Assembly: GCF_009914755.1 (NCBI RefSeq)
Contig: NC_060934.1
Source of the DNA: the human T2T-CHM13v2.0 reference genome, Homo sapiens
Length of the DNA: 64,000 nt
Reading direction: 5' to 3' (one strand)
The translations under genes and the position numbers were made by a program. The notes under the pieces are model-generated. The model was not told the DNA's origin and made no database searches. It saw nothing but the letters and a program-made list of their open reading frames with translations. Below are positions 54,001-64,000 of this stretch, in pieces (within the stretch, counting starts at the first letter, position 1; each line of letters starts with the position of its first letter).

Positions 54001-54309
54001 TTGTTATTGTTGCTGTTGTTTGTTGTTTTGAGACAGGGCCTCATTCTGTCCCCCAGGCTGGAGGGCAGTGGCACTGTCTCCACTCACTGCAACCTCCGCC
54101 TCCCAGGCTCAAATGATTCTCCCACCTCAGCCTCCTGAGTAGCTGGGACCACAGGCTTGTGCCACTGTGCCCAGCTAATTTTTACGTTTTTGTAAAGATA
54201 AGATTTTGCCATGTTGCCCAGGCTGGACTTAATTAGAGGGCTCAAGTGGTCTGCCTGCCTCAGCCTCCCAAAGGGCTGGGATTACAGACATGAGCCACCG
54301 TGCCCTATC
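54001..54309 (-). mobile_element. AluJ (Jb-like), inserted in an L2 remnant
   Basis: GAGACAGGG, CCCAGGCTCAA, CCATGTTGCCCAGGCTGG; (TTG)-degenerate tail. Confidence 0.9.
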
Positions 54310-54371
54310 TGTTTTTCCATCTGGATTCATGGAATAGCCTCTCCTGATTCTACTTCTATATTTTTAGCTAC

Positions 54372-54862
54372 TTTGTATTATTGGAGCAAAATATAGGCAC
54401 AGAAATGGTCCTAAATTATAAGAGTGTAGGTCAATGAGTTTCCCAAATAGAACAACCTCATATAATCACCACATTGATCAACAAACAGGGCAGCCCCACA
54501 CCTCAGATATCATCGTTTTGACCTCTTCCAGTTAGTGACCATCTAGGTTTGTCGTTACCTTGACTTCTAACACTATGAATTAGTTTTGTCTGATTTTTGA
54601 GCTTAATATAAATGTATCATACAGTATGCGTTCTTGTATGTATGGCTTCTTTTGCTCAGCATGATAATGTTTGGAAGATTGCTTCAATGTTATATATCAT
54701 TATAGTACATTAATTTTCATACCTCTTTTGTATGAGTAAACACAAATTATTTATCCATTCTACTTTTGATGAATATTTGAGTTGTTTCCCAAATATTACT
54801 CTATCATAATGAAAACTGTTATGAACATTATTGTACAAGTCTTTGCAGAACATATACATTTC
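54372..54862 (-). mobile_element. L1ME 3' end
   Basis: TGACTTCTAACACTATGAATTAGTTTTG, TGGCTTCTTTTGCTCAGCAT, TTATCCATTCTAC. Confidence 0.8.
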
Positions 54863-55900
54863 GGTTGCTTGATTCGCTCATTAAACATTATTTTTACCAG
54901 TGTTCTGAAATTGGTCCTCTTTGGTTATCACACATCACTTTTGTTACTACTTATTTCTTTAAAACTTCTACAAATACATCTGTCTACTGAGAACTTCTGA
55001 ACTTTTAACAGGTACTTCCAATACCTAATATTTAATTTTTTTTCTTCTTTAATTTTCCTTTCTATATTACCTTCTTAGATTAATGTATGCATGACACATG
55101 GTAGAGTTACTTAAAATATCGCCTTTTTCTTCTCATTTGGTAATGAAATGTGTCAATTCTACTGAATTAACAACCCTTATACTTAACCATCTTCTGCCGC
55201 TGTCTTAGTTTCTGCCTTTATCTTATTTGAAAGTGTTTGTAAAACTAATTTTATGACAGCAATGCTGATGTCTAGTGATTTAGAGTAGTTGGGCTGTTAA
55301 AAATCAGTTAGCACGTTCCAAGATGAAAATTATTATCACAAACTCGTTGAGCAATCCTTATTGTAGCAGTGCAAGAGTGAATGAAGTGAATATCAACTGA
55401 GAAACTGGAAAATAATAAGCAACAAAATGCTTGAAAAGAAAAAAAAAAGAAAACAGTTTTTGTGAATGTTTGGTGGGTAAGTCCCCTGATGAATGAATGC
55501 CTTGGTATTTGTGACTCCACGTAAATCAAACGGACGTAAAAAGAGATCTCAATTTTGGCACCAACAAATTGATCCCACTGGATGGTGGCTGATAAAATGC
55601 ATCTTTTTCTGAAGTTCAAAAAGACCTTGGCGGATCAAGGCAGCAATTTAGAAGATAATAAAGTCTGGAGAGAATTGACCAAGTTTCTTGGAGTTTATAT
55701 AAAAGGAAGACTGAGAGTGAAATGTCAAAATATTGAGGAGTACAACATCATGATCATTATAAAAATTACATTATTGAAGGTTGCATATATGGATATATGC
55801 AAAGGATATGAAAGGGATAAAGCCTTTTCATAAAAATATAATAAAAAATCAACATTCATTTTCACTGGTAATTTATTCTAAGCCTTATTTCCAATGACGC

Positions 55901-55905
55901 TGTGT

Positions 55906-55942
<37 letters not shown>
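55901..55942. repeat. (TG)5AG(TG)15 microsatellite
   Basis: Read directly from the sequence. Confidence 0.95.
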
Positions 55943-55945
<3 letters not shown>

Positions 55946-56632
55946 CTAGGATTAAATATATATGTGCCTTTCTTCTGGGATTAAATCTTTTCACTCATCT
56001 TCTCATTGCTTATTTGATTGTGTCTAAACATCTTATGAAGAGATTTGGCTTTTGCTTTATTTCTAAATGCTTCTCATTAGCACCTAGATTCCTGCTGTAT
56101 CAAACTTTAAATGTTTGAAATACTACATATAATTTTAGTTCTCTTGGCCTTGGCTCATATGGTTTAATTTTCCTGGAAGAGTTTTACCTTACTTGACCAT
56201 TTGGAAAACTCCTATTCTTTTCTAAGGTCCTGTTCCTGTATCTCGGTATTTTTGAAAGCTTCTCTTGACCTTCATAAGCAAACCTGTATTGTTACTTCTT
56301 GTTGTGTCGTTTTTTTCATAATATACAGACTTGGCTCTTCACCTTTAGCATTTAAAAAAATTGCCATTATTTTTTTAAATGAACTTTTCTAGCCCCAATG
56401 CCAAATTTGCTCACAATAATTTTTAGAATAAATTCAAAAATACACTAAGAAGATTCTTATACAAATAGTTTGAGTATCTTACTCTGAGAACACTGTTCCA
56501 TAGCTATTATCACTTTTCGCATTAATATTTTCTAAGTCTTTGTTTTCCTTAAGGGAAGGGAATGGATAACATTTATTGTCCTAGCACCTGTTACAGGGAT
56601 GGACAAGTAGTATTAATTTAATAATTGAGAAT

Positions 56633-56886
56633 CATTTATTATACACTTACATGGAACTTAATGTAGGTCTGTACAATTGTAAGCTTTTTATAAGTATTAG
56701 ACTGATTTAAGTCTCATTATAAACCTATGAAGGTGCTACTCTTATTAATTCCTTGTTTTTAGGTGAGTAAACTCAACAGACAAATTACTAACTTGCCTAA
56801 TTTCAGGCAGTTAGAAAGGCAGCTCTAACTAAAATGTAAGAAACATGATTTCACATTAAAGGAATTTATCCACTTCATAACACTTC
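56633..56886 (-). mobile_element. MIR
   Basis: AAACCTATGAAGGTG...TAGGTGAGTAAACT...TAACTTGCCTAA. Confidence 0.65.
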
Positions 56887-57713
56887 TGGAATGTTGATTT
56901 TTAGAATATTTATTGTAGTATAACACTGACATATGTACCAACATCAAATGTACAGCCTGAAAAATTATCCAAAAGTGAGCACAGCATTATAAAGATGACT
57001 CATGTGAAGTAATAAAATCTGAGCCGAATTCTAGGAAATTCCTTCTTTCCCTTACGCAGTAGCTACTCTCCCTCTCACCATTATCCTCACATCTGTTGAT
57101 ACTTTACAGCTACTTCTTTCACTCAACATGCAGTTTGTGTGTAAACATAACACATTGTACTTACTTATTCTATATTTGATATATATTTTCCAGTTTGGAG
57201 CTAATATAAATTATGCTTCTAGAAAGATTATTATACATATCTTTAGGAGGAAGTATATGTACACATTTATGTATGTATTTCTATATACACACAGTGTATA
57301 TATGTATACATACACACAAACACGCAAACACATATATGCGTATATAGTCAGGATGGATTTGGACAATGAGGTAGAAAGGATACGTTCATTACAAGATTAA
57401 GTCAAATATTTTTCAGAGTTATAGCGATTTACATTCCCTTCATCAGCGCATGCAAATTTCGTTTGCACAGCTTCTATAGAAACCCTAAATACACTTTATT
57501 TTTTAAAATTTAGTTTTTTCATAATTATAGAGTAGAATTTATTTTTATTTTTAATTTGTATTTATCTAATAAGTAATAAGTAGCTTGATTTCCTTTTTTT
57601 TATTTTTTCTTTCTTTAATTTTTTTTAAATTCTGTGGTAAAAAGTGCTTTGAAAAGGCCTTTGTTGATGTTTCATTTGGTTGTACTTATTATTAACTATT
57701 TATTTAAAAAAAA

Positions 57714-57998
57714 TTTTTTGGAGATGGTTCTAACTCTGTCATCCAGGCTGGAGTGCAGTGGTTGATCAGAGCTCACTGCATCTTTGACCTCCCAGACTCA
57801 GAAGAGCCTAGCTACTCAGGAGTAGCTGGGACTACAGGCCAGAGCCACCATGCCTGGCTAATTTTTAAAATTTTTTGTAGAGGCAGAGGTCTCTCACTAT
57901 GTTGCCCAGACAGGTCTCAAATTCCTGGGCTCAAGTGGTCCTACCACTTTGACCTCCCAAAGTGCTGGGATTAATGGCGTGAGCCACCGTACCTGGTC
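57714..57998 (-). mobile_element. AluJ (Jr/Jo-like) with internal palindromic replacement
   Basis: GCTCACTGCATCTTTGACCTCCCAGACTCA, CTATGTTGCCCAG, CCTGGGCTCAAG. Confidence 0.9.
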
Positions 57999-59697
57999 AT
58001 GTTTTTATTTTTTCAAAAAATTCATTTGCAGAGTTTAAAAAGTATCTTTTAAGAGTTCTTATGGTATTTATGTTTGCAAATTTCATTTCCCATTCTGTTG
58101 CTTGCCTTTTCACTCTCAGTGAGTTACTTTATGATTTCAAATCCTTATTTTTTATGTTATTTTATTACTATTTATTAACCTATTTATCTTATTTATTAGC
58201 CTTCAATGATTAGTTTTTGAATCTTTTTTTAAATCTTAAGGCCATAGAAGTGTCCTCTATATTATTTTTTAAACCTGTACTGTTTTATGTTACACGTTGG
58301 CTTCTATATGAAATAATTTTTGTGTATATTGTGTGGTTGGATGTTAATATTCATTTTTCTTTGTACGGATGTATGAAAGACAGCACAATTTATTGAAAAT
58401 AAATCTTTTCATCACTGTACTGAAGCACTTTTTTTTCACAAATCAGCTAAATATATTACTGTGTGGTTCTCTTTATGAGCTCTCTATTCTGTTTCATTGA
58501 AATATCTATACTTGCACATTTTCCATGTCATAATTAATATACATTTATAAAAACTTTATATCTAATAGTGTAAGTCTTCACATTATATTTTTTCTTCAAA
58601 GTTATTTATACACTGTGTTTTCATTTGCATTTTATAGTCAGTTTTTCAGTTGCCACCAAATATAATGCAGACAAATTACGCTATTACTAATCACAATATT
58701 GTGATTTTCAGTGTATTACAAATATAGATTTATTTAAAATACTGAATCTTTCTTCTAATACCAGGAATGACATAGGAACATGGTTCATCTTTATTTCTGT
58801 TGAATGTCTTTAATTTCTCTCAATAAAATTTCACAATTTTCAGTAAAGGGATTGCATATAATATGTTATTTTTATATTAGGAATTCAATGTTTCTTTCTG
58901 GAAACATTTCAAATTTTTAATATTTTATTTGATTTAGACTCACTACATTTGGAAAGTTTTAATTATAATTTTATTTTTAATAGATATGGAGCTATTCAGA
59001 TTTGCTATTTATTATTGTGTCATTATTAATGATTTTCTAGAAATGTTATCTATTTCATCAAATTATTTCAAAATTTTTGACTTAACATTACTTACTGAAT
59101 TCTCTTTTTCTCTCTCATGACTATAGAATCCATAATGATTTCCTTGTTATTATTCATATTTGGAATTTGTGTATACTCTTTTTTTAATTTCTTGTGTAAT
59201 CATGGTATATTTTTATCTGTCTTTTCGTAGTAACTTTGGCTTTTGTTGATTTCATTTATTTTGTGATTGTTTCCTTTTCTCCTGCTTCTTATGTATCTTC
59301 TCTTTTCTAATTCTTTGGATTTAATTTGACATTACATTTTAAATTTTTTAGATTGATGATTAGATTATTAATTTTCAAGCTTTACTTTTTTTAACATATT
59401 TATGTAACCATATATATTTATCTCCAAACTGTGGTTTGCCTAAGTCTCCCAACTTTTAACAAGCAGTATTTTTACTTTTGTTATTATTAAATTCAAAATA
59501 TATTTTAATATTCATTGTAATTACTTTTTTGATCCATGAATAACTTAGAAATATGATGCTTAATTTCCAAACATTTGTACACTTTCAAAGTCTTGCCATA
59601 GATTTCCAGGTCAATAAAATTGTTGTACAAAAACACTGTCAAAGATTTCAAATTTTTGGTATTTATAGATTGTTGTTTGGGGCCTAACCTCAGCCTA

Positions 59698-59754
<57 letters not shown>
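59698..59754. repeat. (TATC)14 perfect tetranucleotide STR
   Basis: Read directly; followed by degenerate units. Confidence 0.95.
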
Positions 59755-60259
59755 GTTTTCCTATCTATCTATCATCTCTCTACCTAGATAGACAGAGATA
59801 TCTATTGACATCTACGGTAAATTTTGAAACATGTTCCAAATACACTACAATAAATGTGTGTTTTGCTATTTTTGGGTACAGTTTTTATGTCAAAGTATTT
59901 AATCTTACTGCTTTAAATTTCTGTATTATTATTGATATTTTGTATCCTTTTTGCTATCAGGTATCAAAAAAGGTATATTAAAGTCTTCATGATTGAAGAT
60001 GTACCTATTGCTCCTTTTAGTTCTATAAATCATGCATGTGTGTTAACTGTGTGTGCGTGAATATAAATACACAAGTTTGACAACTTCCTCAATAATTGAT
60101 TCTTTTATGTGGATGATGTATACATCTTCCTCTCAGGTAATAATTTCTGCCTTAAAATCTCTGTTGTCTGATATAAACATAGCTAAACAAATTTTCATTT
60201 GGCTTGTGTTTGATTATCTTTTATATACATATATGAAAGATTTTTAAATTAAGATGGTT

Positions 60260-60745
60260 CTATAGATAGAAGATAGAAGATAGTAGATATCTTCCACAGA
60301 TACAGATATGTATATGTGTATATATAGATATATTAATATTTATATCTATATATAAATGTATATATGTAGATATCTATATATGTATATCTACATATATATC
60401 TACATACCAATATATCTCTATGTATGTATATGATATCTATATAAATGTAGGTAGATATACATATGCATGTATATACATATATACATAGATACCTATGTAT
60501 ATATCTATCTATACACATATATACAGGTAGATATATACATATCTATATACATGTAGAAATATAGATGTAGATATAAATATATATCTATATGTGTACAGAG
60601 AGATGTGTAGACATATATAGATATATGGATAGATAGATAGGTCTATATAGAGAACTATCTATATCTAGATAGAGATATCTCTCAATAGATATCTCTACCT
60701 ATCTAGCTGTAGATAGATTAGCTATCTCATCTATCTATAAAACTA
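60260..60745. repeat. About 480-bp compound (TA)/(TAGA)/(TATC)/(TACA) low-complexity tract
   Basis: Read directly from the sequence. Confidence 0.9.
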
Positions 60746-60826
60746 TCTTAAAACCATCCTAATTTAAAAATCAAGATTCATCTTAATTCAAAAATCTTAA
60801 TTTAACAGTTAATAACCATCTTTATT

Positions 60827-61214
60827 TTGTGATTCATATACACCATGGAATACTAGGCAGCCATAAAAAAGAGTGAGATCACGTCCTTTGCAGGAACACG
60901 GAGGGAGCTGGATGGAGGTCTTCATCCTTAGCAAACTAATGCAAGAACAGAAAACAAAATACTGCATGTTCTCATTTACAAGTGGGAGCTAAATTATGAG
61001 AACACATGAACACATAGAGGGAAACAACAGTCACTGGGGCCTCTGGGAAGCTGGAGGGTGGGAGGAAGCAGAAGGTCAGGAAAAACAACTAATGGGTACT
61101 AGGCTTAATAGCTGGGTGGTGAAATAATCTGCACAACAAACCTCTGTGACACTAGCTTACCTACATAACAAACCTACACATGTGCCATTGACCTGAAAAT
61201 AAAAGTTAAAAAAA
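60827..61214 (+). mobile_element. L1PA13-16-like 3' end
   Basis: CACCATGGAATACTA...CCTTTGCAGGAACA...CTAATGGGTACTAGGCTTAATA...AATAAAAGTTAAAAAAA. Confidence 0.9.
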
Positions 61215-61305
61215 TGATAAAAAATACGTAAGTAAAAATCTTTAACCAACACAAAATGGTTCATCCCAAGAATCATCTTAATTTAAAAATCTTTACATCT
61301 TAAGA

Positions 61306-61463
61306 AGCTACATGGGAGGCTGAGGCAGGAGACTCGCTTGAACCTGGGAGGTGGGGTTGCAGTGAGGCGAGATTGTGCCATTGCACTCTAGCCCAGGTGA
61401 CTGTGTGAGACTCTGTCTCAACAACAACAACAACAACAACAACAACAAACAAAACAAAACAAA
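61306..61463 (+). mobile_element. AluS right-arm fragment with (AAC)9-derived tail
   Basis: AGCTACATGGGAGGCTGAGGCAGGAGA...GACTCTGTCTC followed by AAC repeats. Confidence 0.9.
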
Positions 61464-62291
61464 GCAACTTTGCTGCTTAGAGTATAATATCCATTTACAT
61501 TTAATGTGGTGAATGAAAAATTTGGTTGTCATTTACCACCCTACAATTGAATTTTTAATTCCTCCACATATTCTATTTGCCTTTCTCAACTAATACTTTA
61601 TAGATAAAAGGGCTTACAGAAAGCAAATATATGACTCAATATTCCAATAAAAGTGCTTGAAATAATTTATATTGAGCACATTATCCTTCTTTCTTAAAAA
61701 TCTTAAGCTATACACATTACATAGCTAGGGACTGATGAGAATCTAGTACTAAATAACCATTATTTCAAAGGCATGGATAGAATGCTTTCCAGGTAAGGAG
61801 TGTTTCCATACTCCCCTTCCACACATTTTCAAGCCATTGCATAACAAATATGGAATTTTATAGAGAGCAGTGAATTTATATCCTTTAATATTTTCTCACT
61901 TTAGAAATTTAGTCTTGGAATGATATAAATTCTGTAAACAGACTATCATGCTACATTTATGGAGAATTATATTAAGGTGCCTATTTTTAAGACAAGAATA
62001 AAAAATATGTTTTTGTTCTAATAATAGAAATGGACAAGCAGAATTCTGGCTTATAATAATGAGAACATACTATCCCCTAGTTTGAAATAAGTTAGATAAT
62101 TTAACTTTCTCACATTATCTTGAAGTTAATACATCATTCGTATTGAATGTATCAGTGCGCTACATGAAGTGGTACATTTGGTATCATCCCTTTTATCCTC
62201 CAAATAAAATGATTCAGTGGTTTAAAACACTTCTTTCCATATCCTGGAGTTTTGCATAGCAAAAGAAGCATGCACTTTGAGGAAAATGTAG

Positions 62292-62372
62292 CTTTTAATT
62301 TTTTGTATTTTAAATATTATGGGTACAAAATATTTGTATATAATTATGGAGTACATGTGATGTTTCAGTACC
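62292..62372 (-). mobile_element. L1MA/PB extreme 3' end
   Basis: TTATGGGTACAAAATATTTGTATATAATTATGGAGTACATGTGATGTTT. Confidence 0.65.
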
Positions 62373-62399
62373 TCATTTTTGATCCCAGATCTTCCTTGA

Positions 62400-63290
62400 A
62401 TTTTTTGTCCAATTTGCATTGCATTATTTAAGTTTGAAAAGGAGTAATGATGTTTAGTATATACTGTTATAAAATAACTGATTCAAAAGATGTAAAGTAT
62501 CTGATACTTACTGTGTCCAAATATGATTTTTAAGCAAATGTTCCTAACAATACATAAATAATAACATGGAATAAAATAAATTCATATAAATTTATGATAA
62601 TAATTTTACTGAAATTAAAAATGTTATGTGCAAACAGATGGTATACGACACTTGGCATGTAATAATGCAATTAAGTCCAATTGAATATATTGTTTGATTT
62701 ATTTCCGCAATCTTTGATAGATGTATTGTAGACCAAAACGTCAAAAACCATAAGTAGCCTGTATAATGCCTTTTTTATTTGCTGTAATGTTTTAATATAA
62801 ATATATAAAAGAGCATCTTAAATTATTTAAATAAGTCAATTATTTTATATGTGGATTTAGTATTAAAACATGTATATTCTTTTGCACAATAAGCTTTTTT
62901 AAGTGTCAGAAATTATATACTTATATAGTGACTTTTGTTCACAAAGTAGTTAGTTGTAGGTATATACAACATACTTGAAAAATATTTTTGTCGACATTGG
63001 ATGCATTTTTGTCTTATAGACTCTTAAAAATGTTAACAAGCCAACACGTGAGCATACTGAAGTATTTTTAATCATCTTTTCTACTGTTGATAATGAGCTG
63101 GTTGATATAAAGTCATTAAAGTGGCAATTCAACAAATATTTTCTAGGGCATAACAAATGTCATTAACTTGCTAGTCTGTCATGCTGTTGCAAAGCTAAAG
63201 CCACATTCATTAGTGTTTTTTGTTGTTGTTTGTAGTGGTGGTTGGTTTGTTTTGTTACATGAAGTGGCCCACTTCTTGTATTAAATTATT
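62400..63290. mobile_element. hAT-Charlie (Charlie5/MER33-like) remnant
   Basis: GCAATCTTTGATAGATGTATTGTAGACCAAAACGTCAAAAA and a terminal AGCCACATT...GTG resembling MER3/MER33 ends; weak by-eye match. Confidence 0.4.
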
Positions 63291-63356
63291 TATTCTTTCT
63301 GAGAATGTTTAATCAGAACGTAATAAAACCTTTTTAAAATGGTTTAAACATTTATT

Positions 63357-63584
63357 CCCACAGGTGGGAATTGAACAATGAGAACACTTGGATACATGGC
63401 GGGGAACATCACACCCCAGGGCCTGTCGGCGGGTGGGGAGCTGGGGGAGGGATAGCATTAGGAGAAATACCTAATGTAAATGATGAGTTAATGGGTGCAG
63501 CAAACCAACATGGCACATGTGTACCTATGTAACAAACCTGCGCATGTGCACATGTACCCCAGAACTTAAAGTACAATAAAAAAT
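63357..63584 (+). mobile_element. L1PA5/6-like 3' end
   Basis: AGGTGGGAATTGAACAATGAGAACACTTGGA...GGGAGGGATAGCATTAGGAGAAATACCTAATGTAAATGA...AATAAAAAA. Confidence 0.92.
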
Positions 63585-64000
63585 ATATATTTATTTCTAC
63601 TGAACAAAATGTCTATATATTAGATGGCCTAGGACTGGTAGGGGGCTCTAATCCAGGGGATTGTTGATAAACTCAGACAACTTCTATAATTTTTACATTG
63701 TTACTCTTAAAGTCTTGCCATTGCCTGATTGTCTCAATATTGGAAAATAACATGTCAACATTCAGTGTAATAAAGTGGAAGAAAAAATGGGCCAATATTC
63801 CATTTAATTAAAGACACTGAAAAGAAAGTGTATGTATTACTTCTACTCATATCTTAATGTTCATCATGTTGTCACCAAGCCAGATAGAACCATATACTGG
63901 GGAATGTAATGTTTATCTGAGAAACCAAATGCCTAAATACAAATTTTAGTATTATGAAGTAAGAGGAAATAAATATGGGGGATTTTCTAGTTTTCTCTAT

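Larger units (their letters stand above)
56900..60232 (-). mobile_element. L1ME long decayed element (3'UTR and ORF2); appears to resume at about 61470-61590
   Basis: TTCCAGTTTGGAGCTA, TTCCCATTCTGTTGCTTGCCTTTTCACTCTC, GCTATTCAGATT, CTTAATTTCCAAACATTTG, TCTGATATAAACATAGCTA. Confidence 0.75.

Noticed and set aside
60333-60518. Tyr/Ile-rich ORF
   Set aside because: Translation of the TA-rich microsatellite

Overview
AT-rich, CpG-poor human genomic DNA; a near-consensus AluYb8 points to the human lineage. It reads as gene desert or deep intron: no protein-coding gene, structural RNA gene or CpG island is supportable, and the supplied ORFs are repeat-derived or chance ORFs. Much of the window is interspersed repeat: 11 Alus; old L1M/HAL1 and primate L1PA fragments; L2; MIR; MaLR LTRs (MST, MLT1); MER21; MER5; a Charlie-like element; and a decayed ERVL-class provirus (LTR16C plus internal gag-pro-pol). 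I found no convincing new biological system. The most notable structures are: an AluYb8 inserted into the target-site duplication of an older Alu; a ~570 bp internal inversion of the ERV pol; a ~170 bp fold-back of L2 sequence at an L1PA 5' junction; a strong CTCF motif in a small insertion; two palindromic AT-rich tracts; and three candidate + strand non-coding exons. Repeat family calls are made by eye against remembered consensus sequences. Boundaries of old elements are approximate and should be confirmed with RepeatMasker/Dfam.
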